DNA of 63,570 bases, counting the filler, from Thraustochytrium aureum (taxonomy: Eukaryota), in assembly GCA_012862495.1 (NCBI GenBank). It is 6 parts of 2 records of this genome, joined end to end, with 100 filler letters (N's around TTAATTAATTAA, not from the genome) between each part and the next. Parts side by side here need not be neighbours in the genome. Positions count along the whole stretch, not along the records: positions 25,977 to 42,384 come from BLSG01000154.1; positions 42,485 to 50,912 come from BLSG01000154.1; 4 more parts are not named here. One strand, 5' to 3'. The notes under the pieces are model-generated. The model made no database searches. It had not been told where the DNA came from and was given only the letters and a program-made list of their open reading frames with translations. Positions 35,995 through 47,389 of the stretch are shown piece after piece (positions within the stretch are counted from its first letter, which is position 1; the number at the start of each line of letters is the position of its first letter). Position numbers and translations under genes: made by a program.

Positions 35995-37914
35995 CTACTG
36001 CACGTTACAATCGTTGCCCAGGTTTTGCGCATAGTGGTCTGCAATGCGCGACCGCAGGTGCGACACTACCTCGCTCCCCCTAGAAACGCGCTCGCGCAGA
36101 CCGTCCAACAATGCCTTGGACGGCTCGGGGCTCGACCCACGACCCACTGCAACCTCGTCGAGGAGCAGGTCCATCGAAGGCTGCTCGCCCTCAAGGTATG
36201 CTTCCAACAGCGCAGCGAGGTGCGAGACGGCCCCAAGGTAGACCTCCAGAGCGCCCAACAGATCGACAAGCGCCGCCCGCTCTGGGCCTTCCGCTTGCTT
36301 GCGCGCCTCCTCTGTCGCAAGGTCGAGCGCCACCTGTGCGTCCGCGAGCTGCTCAGAAATGTCCTGGTTCTCGCCCTCGAGATCCCGGATTCTGCTCGCT
36401 TGTTCCCGCACGCGAGCCTCCACGGCTTCCACGCGCTCGCGCTGCGACAGGTTCTCGCGCTCCTGCTGCGCAACTTGAGCATGCAAGCTCGAGAGCTGCT
36501 TTTCCGCATCCACTCGCGCCCACTCAGCCTCGCTACGCCGCTGCTCCAGCTCTGCAATAACAGCTGCGCTGCCGTCATTGGAGTCGTCCTCCGCAGCTTC
36601 GGGCGCTCCCCGCACATCCGCAGAGGCTGGGCTGTTTTGCGCCCGGTCGACGGCCGGCGCCTGGGCGAGCGCGCACAAGGCGTCTTTGAGCTGCGCCTTC
36701 AGCGTTCCGGTTCTTCTTTTCCAGCTCGTCCACGCGCGACTTCCAGTCCTTGAGCTGCGTGATACAGCTGCGCAGCTCTGCTCTGAAGGCTACATTTGAC
36801 CTCGGATCTTGGGCATTCATGGTCAAGCCAAGCCCAACAGAGTCGGCATCGGAGAGCGCCGCGACGGGCGCCGCTCTTCGGCGGGCCTGTTGGGCCTCGC
36901 GCTGCAGGGTCTCATACTCCTCTTGGATCGCTGCTGCGTGCAGCTTTTCTCTCTCGAGACTCGACATGGCTCGCTCAGTCGCCATGCGCGCCCGCGCTGC
37001 GAGATCTTCTGCGCGGTCCCTCTCTGTGCGCACCTTTTCGAGGCTCTCCTCCAGCTCGTGCTCGCGTTTGCGCGCCCCAGCAAGCTGTGCCTCAAGCGCC
37101 TGGGTGCGCGCCTGGAGCTCTGCGGCATGGCCCGCGTGGGTTTGGTTTGACTGGCGCAGGCTGGCGTGCTCGCGCGAGGAGGCATCGAGCTTGTCGTTTG
37201 CGGCCTCAAGCTGGCTCTCGAGCACCTCCACTTGGCGCTGCAGCTGGAGGACGCGGCTGTCTCGCTTGGCCAGCTGCTGTTTGAAATCAGACTCGCTCTT
37301 GGCGTGGAGGCTGGCGTTGCGGTGGACGGCTTTGTTCAGTTTGTTGATCTCTTCGACCGCCCCAGCGACCTTGCGCTTCAACTCGCTCTTGGTCAGCTCA
37401 TGCTGCTTCCTGGCAGAGGCCAGCTCTGCGCGTTCCTGTTCGAGGCTGATGCTCAGTTTGCGCATCGACGTCTCGCGGGCCAGGAGTGCCTGCTCGCGTT
37501 TGTGCAGCTGCGCGCGCAGTGCTTTGTTCTCTTTAATCATGCGGGCTTTCGTCTCGAGGTGGTCCAGGTCGCGCTCGCTCAGCCGCTCGCGAAGCGTGCT
37601 AGCCGACACATACTCTACGAGGCCGTTGCCGGTTGCGTGGATTCGAGCGGCATTCTCGAGCGCGTCGTCCGCGCGAAGGTCCCGCCCAAGCTGGCCGCCC
37701 AAGCGGTCGCGCTCGTCGCTTCCGAGCGCACGCTCGCCGAGCGGGTATGACCCGAACGCGGCCTCCGGGTCGCTCCCAAGGCCTGCGCGGGGCAACCGAG
37801 CATCGGCGAACACGTCGGTTGCGGACGCGAGTCTCTCTTGCCACGACGCGAATCCAGCCCTCGCATCGGCGTCCAAGCCAGGCAGCCCGCGCTCCCTGCC
37901 GCGCTGGGCCCTGT
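35995..37914 (-). CDS. Long coiled-coil protein (5' end in gap; frameshift ~36705)
   Basis: Extended E/K/R/L/Q heptad-rich sequence in two consecutive frames. Confidence 0.65.
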
Positions 37915-38460
37915 NNNNNNNNNNNNNNNNNNNNNNNNNNNNNNNNNNNNNNNNNNNNNNNNNNNNNNNNNNNNNNNNNNNNNNNNNNNNNNNNNNNNNN
38001 NNNNNNNNNNNNNNNNNNNNNNNNNNNNNNNNNNNNNNNNNNNNNNNNNNNNNNNNNNNNNNNNNNNNNNNNNNNNNNNNNNNNNNNNNNNNNNNNNNNN
38101 NNNNNNNNNNNNNNNNNNNNNNNNNNNNNNNNNNNNNNNNNNNNNNNNNNNNNNNNNNNNNNNNNNNNNNNNNNNNNNNNNNNNNNNNNNNNNNNNNNNN
38201 NNNNNNNNNNNNNNNNNNNNNNNNNNNNNNNNNNNNNNNNNNNNNNNNNNNNNNNNNNNNNNNNNGGGTGGGTGGGCGGGCGGGCGACCTCTTTGAGGCC
38301 GTTGGGCCGCGCTCGTAACGGTGGCCTGATTCGAAAAAAACAGCCCGCTCCGCGCAGTGCCTGCGGCCGGCTCGGCTCGTCTGCAGCGGAGAGCTGTGCA
38401 TACTTACGTACGCGGGTCTACTACGAAAGGTTCTTACTTTGCACGAGAGCGGCGCCATCG

Positions 38461-41355
38461 TCAATCATGCTCTTCGTCGATCCTATAGCTTCCTTCCTCG
38501 TTGCGCAAGGCGTCGAGCTGGCTGCTCCTGGAGTTCGAGCGCACGAGCAACAAGCTCCTACGGATCTTGAAATCGGGTTGGTACATGACGCTTCCGCCAT
38601 TGTACTTTGACAAGACGCTGAGGAGGATTACAAACTCGAGGAGGTCGATCTCGCCCGAACCGTCCTCGTCAACAAGCTTGACCATCCGGGACAGCTCAGC
38701 CGGCTCCGGGCACTTGCCAATGGACTCGAGCCCGACGCGCAGCTCTTCCTCCTCAATAGTGCCGCTCCCGTCAAGGTCGAGCATTTTGAAGAGCTTGTTG
38801 TAGACCTGCATCGTCTTCTCGTTGATTCCGTGACGAAACTTGAGCTCCTCGAGCTTTTGCGCAAAATCTCGGTCCGCCATCTGCTTCTGTGTTGCTTGCT
38901 CCATGCTCGTTGTCACGACACCAACGAAGAGCGTCATGAGAACGAGCGCACCTAGGAGCACAAAGGAAATAAAGTACAACGTGGCGATCCACCCAAACGC
39001 TGTCGGCCGCGCGCACAACTTCTCAATGCCGGTGTACCCATAGCGGTTGCAGCCATACATGGAAATGTAGAGCACGTCGGACCAGTCGTCAAGCGTAGCC
39101 ATCCTAAACAGCGTGATCAGCGAAAAGTGGAGTGACCCAAAGTGCCACGGGTCTGCTTCCTGAAAGAGGATCAAGCCAAGGATGGCAAAAACGTAAAAGA
39201 CCAGGAACAGAATCACCCCGATGTACGAAATCGACGTGAGACCTCCGATCAGAGCGACGATGATGACCTGCAGCGCAGGCAGAGACTTTACGAGCTTGAG
39301 GACCCGGAGCAGGCGCAGCAGGCGAAGCATCGTAAGCATCGAGCCAGATCCCGGGACGAGACTGCCTATCACCACAAAGTAGTCGAACACGTTCCAACCC
39401 TGGATCTGCCCAAACTTGACAAAGTACCGCCACGGGTGGAATCGCTCTGCCATGGTCTTGATGATAATCTCCAAGAGGAAAAATCCGAGGATGCTGATGT
39501 CGAGCAAGTTTGTCACCTTGCCTGCGAAGCCCGTTGTCATGGACGTCTCGGTCTGGATCCCCACAAGTGCGCTTGCAATGAGGATGACGAAAATGATGAA
39601 ATTGCTGAACCACGGGTGGGTAGCCAACATTCGGCTGTTTGTCGCGGCCCGCGCCCACCATTGCTTGAAGGACGAGTCGTACTCGAGCTCGGCGTTGTCT
39701 TCCAAGATGTCGAGCAGGTCGATCCCTTCCCAAGCGCCTTGAAACGCCGCCCGAACGCGCTCCTGCTCATCTGGGCGCGGCGGCGGCGGCGCGAATGGGT
39801 TCCACATCAAAGTCGTGTGGCGGGTCTTCTTGATTGTGGTCAGCGCTTTCGTTGCGAGAGCCTTGAACTTGGACTTGCCCGCTCCATTCTGGGCGTCATC
39901 CATCGGCCAGACGGCGGTGGGCTTGCCACCGCCGAAGACTTTGAGAACGCCATTTAACTTGTCGCGCTCCTCTTCGTTGTATTCAGTAATCGCGCTGTCG
40001 CGCGGCGCGGAAATTGTTTGCACACCCGTCCGAAACCTGTTCACGATACCAAGCCTCTTCTTTTTTCCACCGGCCACAAGGACTGCAGCGGCGGCCGCCC
40101 CCGCATGACGAGCTTTGTGCGCTCCGCCCGCGCTAGCCGTCGCGGATTCGACTGCGCCCGGATCGTCCAAGACGCTCGGCGGGGGTGTGAATTTGCTCGC
40201 ACCAGCATTGGCGGCCAAGGGCGGCAGAGTGAAAGGCTTTGCCACAGTGCCATGCAGAGCCTGCTGGCCCACGCCGCTGCGTTGCAGCGACCGCTTGGAG
40301 TCCTTTTCCTTGTCCTTCTCTGCTCGACGCATCGCTTTTGCAAGCCGGCGGCGACGCTCAGCGAGCTCGGCTTCCAGCTGCATGGTCGCCATCGACTCGG
40401 TCATCGACATTGTCACAGCACCAACAAAGAGGCTGAGCATGACGAGAGAGGCGATCACCACGAACGAAACGCAATAAATAACAGTGAGGCCACGAAAATT
40501 GAGCATGTTCTGCTCTTGCCCCCTGGCGCACTTCCCAAAGGAGGAAATGGAGTCGTACATCTCCGAGTCGCAACCAAAGTATTCAATGTAGAGTACGTCG
40601 GTCCAGTCCTCGAGAGTTGCCATGCGAAAGAGCGTGATGACGCTCACCGGAACCGAGCCAAAGTGGAAAGGGTCGTTCTCCGAAAACATGTAAAAGCCGA
40701 TCACTGCGTACAGGTAAAACACAAGGGCCAGGAGGGCCAGGATGTAGCCGATGGACCGCAAGCCACCGAGCAGGCCCATGACGATCATCTGCAGCTGCGG
40801 CACCTTCTTGAGCAGCTTCATAACCCTCATGAGCCTCGTCAGACGCAAAAGCTTGAGCGAGCTGCCTCCACCAAAGGTGGAACCCCAAAAGGGCATGGAG
40901 AGAAAAACGATGGAAAGGTCAAAGATGTTCCAGCCGCGCTCTGGGCCAAGGAAGAAATTCCACGGGGCGCACGCCTCGGCGAACACCTTGACGACGAGCT
41001 CGAACGAGAAGATTGCCAGAATGTAGTTGTCCATCGCGGATATAACCGCGTTGCTCTCAAAGAGAGCATAGGTTTGAAGGCCAACGAGAATTCCCGCGAT
41101 GATGATCACTAGGATAATAAACGCGTTGAACGAATCGCTCTCCACGAGCTGTTCGCACTTTGCGGCAAATTCAATATAACGCTTGACGGCCACGCTTGTG
41201 TACTGGTCTGGGTCTTTGTGGCTCGGCAGCGACCTGTTCAAGTCAGCTTTGCTCTGCGCTTCTCTTTCGTCGAGCTTGCGCTCGATCTCGACGCGCATGG
41301 TGTCGCCCCTGTCGATTCGTTTCATGGCGCTGCTGATGGCGCTAGCGGCAACCAT
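38461..41355 (-). CDS. Two-domain (2x6TM) voltage-gated cation channel with bacterial-Nav/CatSper-like repeats and C-terminal EF-hand pair
   Basis: Two Ion_trans repeats: FNAFIILVII/FSNFIIFVIL S1, WNIFD/WNVFD S3, S4 KLLRLTRLMRVMK and LRLLRLLRVLK, filters TLEDWTD and TLDDWSD. EF loops DLDGSGTIEEEE and DEDGSGEIDLLE. Confidence 0.92.
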   Translation of the reverse strand: MVAASAISSAMKRIDRGDTMRVEIERKLDEREAQSKADLNRSLPSHKDPDQYTSVAVKRYIEFAAKCEQLVESDSFNAFIILVIIIAGILVGLQTYALFESNAVISAMDNYILAIFSFELVVKVFAEACAPWNFFLGPERGWNIFDLSIVFLSMPFWGSTFGGGSSLKLLRLTRLMRVMKLLKKVPQLQMIVMGLLGGLRSIGYILALLALVFYLYAVIGFYMFSENDPFHFGSVPVSVITLFRMATLEDWTDVLYIEYFGCDSEMYDSISSFGKCARGQEQNMLNFRGLTVIYCVSFVVIASLVMLSLFVGAVTMSMTESMATMQLEAELAERRRRLAKAMRRAEKDKEKDSKRSLQRSGVGQQALHGTVAKPFTLPPLAANAGASKFTPPPSVLDDPGAVESATASAGGAHKARHAGAAAAAVLVAGGKKKRLGIVNRFRTGVQTISAPRDSAITEYNEEERDKLNGVLKVFGGGKPTAVWPMDDAQNGAGKSKFKALATKALTTIKKTRHTTLMWNPFAPPPPRPDEQERVRAAFQGAWEGIDLLDILEDNAELEYDSSFKQWWARAATNSRMLATHPWFSNFIIFVILIASALVGIQTETSMTTGFAGKVTNLLDISILGFFLLEIIIKTMAERFHPWRYFVKFGQIQGWNVFDYFVVIGSLVPGSGSMLTMLRLLRLLRVLKLVKSLPALQVIIVALIGGLTSISYIGVILFLVFYVFAILGLILFQEADPWHFGSLHFSLITLFRMATLDDWSDVLYISMYGCNRYGYTGIEKLCARPTAFGWIATLYFISFVLLGALVLMTLFVGVVTTSMEQATQKQMADRDFAQKLEELKFRHGINEKTMQVYNKLFKMLDLDGSGTIEEEELRVGLESIGKCPEPAELSRMVKLVDEDGSGEIDLLEFVILLSVLSKYNGGSVMYQPDFKIRRSLLLVRSNSRSSQLDALRNEEGSYRIDEEHD

Positions 41356-42384
41356 CTCGCCAGCGCCTCTGCGCGCGCGGCGCTCCGGACTGTGCCAGAG
41401 GCCTGGCCAGCCACTCGCCCTCTATCGTGACGCGACCTGCTCGCCGGTCGTTGCCTTGGATCTCTGGCCCGCGCCAGCGCGCACGGAGGCTGCTGCCCTG
41501 TGCCTGGCGCTCGCCTGCGCCGTGCCTACCAAATGAGTGCGGCGTCGGTGCCGCCTGCAGACGGCGGCTGCGCGATCCGCTTTGCCTCCGGCTCGAGGAG
41601 CACTTCGCATGCGGTGTTGTTGCCTGTTAGGCTTCTCGAGATGTCGCTCGGAAGATGTGAGTGAGTACCGAACCGCCGGCCAAGTAGGGCCCGACGCTCT
41701 GGGACGTGAAAGCTCCCTTGCCCGAGGTGTTCGTTGGCGGCTCAGCGGGAGAGCTAGATGCAGGCGCTCTTCTCATCAGCCTTTCGTGACCCGGCGGGCG
41801 ACGACGCCTCTCAGCATTTCTCGCCAAACGGATCCCTCTCGCCGTGTTTGGCTTACTGTGCGCTCGTGCCGCTTGACACGACGAAGATAGCTGTGCGCTA
41901 CAGAGACCGCTGCGAGACGCCGTCGGTTTGGGCCGTGTACTTGCTTGCATTGGTCAGTCTGAGCGAGTAGCGCACGTCGTGGTTCAACGCACAGCTCAAC
42001 GGCTCCTTTACTGGTCGGCGAAACGGCGAAAGGAAAACACTTGCAGCAAATGACCCGGCGCGACTAGTCAAAACAGCGGTGGTGCGTTCTTTCAAGCCCC
42101 AAGCCCCCATCGACGCCGGAGCGGTGCTGGCTGGCGGACGAGACGACGTCAACGAGGTGACGTGGAGCGGCTTATCAGAGCGGCAAAGGGCAGCCCCCCT
42201 TTCGTTGCACTTTTCTTTCTTTTTTCCTCTCTGCTCTGTCCTGAAGAGAGAGCAAGAGCGAGCATCTACAGCTTGAACAGCACCAGACTCAGGGCCATGA
42301 CGGCCATGCCAAAAATGAGGGATGGCGTCGAGACCCGGCCCTTTGGGTCGTAACGCTGCGCCGTAGGCAGCAGCTCGGACACAA

Positions 42385-42484
42385 NNNNNNNNNNNNNNNN
42401 NNNNNNNNNNNNNNNNNNNNNNNNNNNNTTAATTAATTAANNNNNNNNNNNNNNNNNNNNNNNNNNNNNNNNNNNNNNNNNNNN
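42385..42484. other. Artificial scaffold-joining linker
   Basis: N44-TTAATTAATTAA-N44. Confidence 0.97.
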
Positions 42485-42776
42485 GGACCTTGGCCAAACT
42501 GCGAGGACGTTGTTCACTGCCTTGGCGTCCGCGCGATGGCCGTCCCAAGATCCTTCCGAACGCAAAATCGCACCAGCTGCTCTGCTCTCGTCGTCCCTGG
42601 GCAAAGCCCCGTCCCTCTCTTGTGATTGTTGAAATCGCATTTGGCGTCCCTCACCTTTCTTCCACAAAACCAACACGTGCTGTCCACCGAAAACGTCTCC
42701 GAGCAGCACGCACCTGCAGCACCAGCACCAGCACCAGCACCTGCCTGGCTGCGGCAGCCGCGCGAGCTGCGAAAGG

Positions 42777-43748
42777 ATGGGCGCAGCGTGGTGCCAGCCG
42801 TGCGCCGCAGGTGCCTGTGGCCAAGACGGGTTCGACGCCCCCCCACACGCAGCGGCTTCGCTCGGCTTTGGCAATGCCGGCGGAGGTGCCGCGACTGGTG
42901 AAGGGGGCGAACGTAGTCGGAGTCTCCTCAGCCGGGAAGGCGGCGACGACCCGGATGACGTGGACGCCCAGTCGCCATACCCGCAGACGCCGCCAGCGCT
43001 GTTCCGGGGCAACCACTCCCGCCTACTCGGGCCCGTGCAGATGCTCGAGATCCGGCGCGCGCTTCCACGCTCGCTGCGATACTGCGCCTGGCACAAGGCC
43101 TTCGAATTCAACGAGCACAGGCCGAGCACTCTCGAGAGCCTGAATTCTCGGCTGCTTGGCGAAACGGCTGTCCTTCTGGTGCTTCGCATCAACGACGGCT
43201 CGCTGGTCGGCGCACTTGCGGTGACGCCGAGTGGCTGGGCCCGGTGTTTCAACGGTGAGCGCTTTGGCAGCCGCGACTCGTTCCTTTTCTCGCTCCCGCC
43301 GTGCAGCGCAACGAGGGCGCCTGGCTTGCACAGGCACAAGCGCCAGCGCCAGCACCAGCCTCATCAAGCAGCGCCGATGCGGCGCGGCCTCTCCAAGACA
43401 GATCTCCAGCGCAACCTGATCCCACGCGCCAGCGTTTTTGAAGCGACAGGCCCCAATCTCGACATTGTCTTCAACACGCCCAAGCTGCTGGCGTTCGGGT
43501 CAAGCCGTGATTCGTACGGCCTGTGGATCGATCCTGACTTGGGCTGTGGCGGTTCCGGGCCTTGCCCGACCTTTGGCATGGTGCGTGGGCTTTCCAAGGA
43601 TCCTGTCTTTGACATTCTTGCCTTGGAGGCCTGGGTATTTTCCACCTCGCCAACGACCCCCATCGCGCCGCAGACTGGGCCGCTGGATATTGTCCTGGAG
43701 ACCACGCACGAGCCCGACTGTTGGAAGAGCCCGACGTCGATCTGGTAG
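42777..43748 (+). CDS. TLDc-domain (OXR1-like) protein
   Basis: LPRSLRYCAWHKAF, DGSLVGA, FGSRDSFLFSL, LAFGS...YGLWIDPDLGCGGSGPCPTFG, FDILALEAWVF. Confidence 0.85.
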   Translation: MGAAWCQPCAAGACGQDGFDAPPHAAASLGFGNAGGGAATGEGGERSRSLLSREGGDDPDDVDAQSPYPQTPPALFRGNHSRLLGPVQMLEIRRALPRSLRYCAWHKAFEFNEHRPSTLESLNSRLLGETAVLLVLRINDGSLVGALAVTPSGWARCFNGERFGSRDSFLFSLPPCSATRAPGLHRHKRQRQHQPHQAAPMRRGLSKTDLQRNLIPRASVFEATGPNLDIVFNTPKLLAFGSSRDSYGLWIDPDLGCGGSGPCPTFGMVRGLSKDPVFDILALEAWVFSTSPTTPIAPQTGPLDIVLETTHEPDCWKSPTSIW

Positions 43749-44206
43749 CTTTGTTTTCCCCCTTTTTGTGCATCATCATTCATATTTCTGGGCTACAACC
43801 CGAACGAAAGATGCAAGCTCGTCTGCTTGCTGCTCCAGCGAAGCGACCTTGCCAGGCATCTCCCAAGTACGATGCGCTTTTCCAATCCGATGCAAACACA
43901 AAGACCGCGCTGTAGGCCCCAGGTGGGCCGGGCCAGGATCGCCCGCCTATGATGAGCGTAGAGCAAAAGAAAGAAAGACGACATGGGCTGGGCGCTACCA
44001 GAAGCGAGTCCCACAGCTTTTTGATTTTTGAGAGACGAGAGACGAGAGCAAACGCGTAGAGGAGCGAGCAAGCGCCCCTTGGCTGCGGTGACTGCGTCCC
44101 GGCGGCACCAGCTCGCCGCGCGGTCCAGGAGGCTTCGATTTGGGCAGCCCCGCGGCACGCGGCGCAGGCTTTCGCCGTGGAGGCGCAGTCGTCCGTCCAG
44201 AAGAAA

Positions 44207-45212
44207 ATGCTCCTGTCGGCAAGCGTACAGAGCGCGCTGGCTGGCTGCGCCGGCCTCGCCGCACTGTTTGTTGGGAGGTGAGTGCTGCGTTGGAGGTGCG
44301 CGCGCGCGCGCGCCAACAGAAGACTGACTGACCGGCTCCCGCGCCCCGTCCACCACCTGCGTTTTGGATTTGGATGTGGGGCTGCACAGCTTGTACTTGG
44401 CTCCGGCTTCCGTGCGCAGCCGCGCTCACAGCGACCCGGTGCAGATCAAATGGCGATTCCGGTCCACGGCTCTCGTTTGTATCGTCTCTCCGCTCGTTCT
44501 GCTTCTCTGGCAATGCCCGGAGGACGCCCACGTTTGCGCGGGCAACGTCGCCATCGAAGGACACTCGCTCTTGGAAATAATCGGCGTGCGACTTTCAGGG
44601 CTCGTCGCGGCCTGCATCCTGCCGACCAGCTTGATGGTGGTACTGTTTACAGGTCCGCTCGTGGACATGGGTCTTTCGTATGCGCGCACCTCAAAAGGGC
44701 GCGACACCGGCGACTTCCTGTTCGACTTCTTCCCAAACTGCCCAGAACCTAGCGTGCAGCGGTTTCGCAACTTGGTGGCCGCCCCTTTCGCCGAGGAGCT
44801 TGTCTTCCGGTGCTGCATGGGCACGCTACTCACTTCGAGCGGGATGGGGATGAGCTCCATCTTGCTCGTCTCGCCGCTGTTTTTTGGGCTGGCGCATTTG
44901 CACCACTGCTATGGCATGGTCCAGCAGGGCGTGCCCGTGAAGCGCGCCGCGCTCGTCTCCGGGGTACAGATGGTATACACGAGCCTTTTCGGTGCCTTGG
45001 AGATGTTCATTTTCTTGCGAACGCAGCACCTCGCGGGGGTGTTTCTGGCGCACAGCTGGTGCAACCTCATGGGGCTTCCCTCGTTTGCCTTTCTGCAGCC
45101 TGAGAGCGACAACTATCAGTTTCGGCATCTGATCGGGCTCGGCTACGTGGTCGGCCTTGGCCTCTTCGCGGTCGGACTCGTGCCCTGCACCGATTCCGCC
45201 TGGTATAGCTAG
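44207..45212 (+). CDS. RCE1: CAAX prenyl protease 2 (exons 44207-44277 and 44390-45212)
   Basis: Splicing GTGAGT...CTGAC...CAG restores FVGSLYL. Motifs RNLVAAPFAEELVFR, FFGLAHLHH, YTSLFG, HSWCNLMGLP. Confidence 0.92.
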
Positions 45213-45838
45213 CTGGGCGGAATCTGCGCTGGGATTGCGAGCAGTTGACAGCGCTTGCCTGCCCCTCAACTCTCTGACTCCTCTCTACCGTGGAGCTACT
45301 TGAGTAGCTACGAGCTGTGCTGGAGCAAGTAGAGCTGGCATGGAGAGGGGGCCTGCTCGCGAGGGTCGAGAGCCGTCGCTACGCGAAAGCGCGAGACAGG
45401 CAACGGCCGCGAGGATCTCATGGGAGGCTTACACTCAACTACATAAAAGCCACTTCATGGTCCCAAACTCGGACAGAGTTGTTCGCCTAAATGGGCGCCC
45501 AACCGGCCGACGGGCTACAACGCAGAGGAGCAAAGACTCGCTTGGGCGACATGCAAATGCGCGCAGTCCAACACCCACTCTACGCAGCCTTCACTTCGGG
45601 CCCACCTCCCGAGGGCCCCCATGCTGGTAAAACCAACGACAGGCGCCCGCCTTGCCCCGCCTGCGAGTTCTCAGGCCAAGCGCGTTGGCCGTCAGCCTGT
45701 TTTGCGCTGCTGGAGGTAGGAACTGGACGAGGCGGCGGTGGGGTGGCGGCGGCGGAGGCGGCGGCGGCGGCGGCGGCCCGGCTTGAGCTAGGAATGGGCT
45801 TGGCCCTCCCGAGTGGAACGGGAGCGTGCTCGAGCGGT

Positions 45839-47389
45839 TCAGCAACGCGGGGGGACAACGCCTGGACCAGCCCGCCGTGGCACTGGCGGCTTTGGACCTT
45901 GCCTGACTGCCCCCCCGCCGCGCCCTGCGGGAGCAGATTCGCCATATCCGACACGAGCTAGCCCAGGCGCCGGGCCAGGTTGAGATCTCCCGACCTCCAG
46001 AGCCCCAGTTTCCTTTCGCTCGCCATCCCCTCTGGAATTAGTCGCCGTGGCGGCGACTGCCACCTTCGGAACGTCCCCAACTCTGGCCTGGACCGCCAGC
46101 GCGGGAATCGCGGGGATCACCTCACAGGCCTGCTCCAGGAAAGCTGGTTCGGGCTTTGCAGGAGCAGTCAGAGGGCCTGAAGCGCCTGAAGCCTTTACGC
46201 GGCCCCCTGGCGATTCCCTGTCCAACTTTTCACTCGCATACGGCTCAAAGACAGCCAAGTGCTCATCCATGTTGTACTCTCGCCCGTCGTCCTGGAAAGC
46301 CTCCACGAACGCGCTCGAGTCTTGCTCTGGCGAGATGCGCACTCCAACGGTGCGCAGCTCTGCGAGAAGCGTGTTTATATACTCGGTCTGTTCCAGGTGG
46401 ATGCGAGCCACGCGCTCGAGCGCCGACTTGACGCGTTGAGCGCGTGCCTCCTCGAGCGCCTGGAACTCGCGCGCGAGGCGCTGCTTGGCGGTACGTAGGT
46501 TGAGCTGCATCTTCCGAGTCTCGTCGACTGCCTTTTCGTGGAGCGCTTCGGCCTCCTGCGCTGCGCAAACGAGCGCCCCCGCCTTGGCCCGCAGCTTGCC
46601 AGCCTCTGCGGGCTTTTCGAGAACTGCGCGATCGCGTGACTCGATCGCCTTTTCGGCGTCCTTGCACGACTTGACGTACTTTGTGCGCGACCGCTGCAAA
46701 ATGTAGATCTGGGCTTGGAGCTGCTTGTCGAGGCGCGCAATCTCGTTGTTCATTCGCTTGTGCATCGCTTTCTGCTCGTGCGAAAAGCCGAGGAGCTTGC
46801 TCCCCAGCGTCGTGTACTCGTGAGCGACGATCACTTTGCTCTTAATGACGTTGTCCACAAAAACCAGTCCGAACGCGTCCAGGCCCTCGTCCACCGTGGA
46901 CCGCCAGTCTTTCGCGTTGTCATCGACGGCTTTGTCGTGCGGGACAAGCGACGTCTTGCGCCTGAACAGGGCCAAGCTTTGCGCGTGCTGGTCTTCCAGC
47001 TGGCCAGCCTGCGTCAGCGTCGCTGCGAGGGCCTTGAGGCTCTTCTTGCCCCACCGGGCCCGCTTCGAGCAGACTTCAATGCAGTTCCACAGCGCGCCGA
47101 AGTCGGCGCGCGTCTCCCCATCCGCTTCGCACGTATAACTCGCGACTGGGCCCTGGGCCTGGCTCGTCTCTCGAGAAGCCAACGCTAGCGCGGCGCCGTC
47201 CTGGCTCGTCGGCTGGTGCATGTTGGAGTCCGGTGCTCGTTCTTGCGAGTGGTGCTGCTGCTGCACTTCCACGAGGCGGTTCAGTTGCGCTGAAGGCTGG
47301 TGGTGCTGCTCTTCTGAGCCAGACGGGGGCCGTTCCGTGCCAGTGCGCGATGTCAACGGCGAGGCGAGTTTGATGGCTCGGGCCAGCAT
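45839..47389 (-). CDS. F-BAR (FCH) domain protein
   Basis: DFGALWN...EDQHAQSL...LQRSRTKYVKSCKDAE...FQALEEARAQRVKSAL...ISPEQDSSAFVE matches the F-BAR pattern, followed by a low-complexity tail. Termini uncertain. Confidence 0.7.
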   Translation of the reverse strand: MLARAIKLASPLTSRTGTERPPSGSEEQHHQPSAQLNRLVEVQQQHHSQERAPDSNMHQPTSQDGAALALASRETSQAQGPVASYTCEADGETRADFGALWNCIEVCSKRARWGKKSLKALAATLTQAGQLEDQHAQSLALFRRKTSLVPHDKAVDDNAKDWRSTVDEGLDAFGLVFVDNVIKSKVIVAHEYTTLGSKLLGFSHEQKAMHKRMNNEIARLDKQLQAQIYILQRSRTKYVKSCKDAEKAIESRDRAVLEKPAEAGKLRAKAGALVCAAQEAEALHEKAVDETRKMQLNLRTAKQRLAREFQALEEARAQRVKSALERVARIHLEQTEYINTLLAELRTVGVRISPEQDSSAFVEAFQDDGREYNMDEHLAVFEPYASEKLDRESPGGRVKASGASGPLTAPAKPEPAFLEQACEVIPAIPALAVQARVGDVPKVAVAATATNSRGDGERKETGALEVGRSQPGPAPGLARVGYGESAPAGRGGGAVRQGPKPPVPRRAGPGVVPPRC

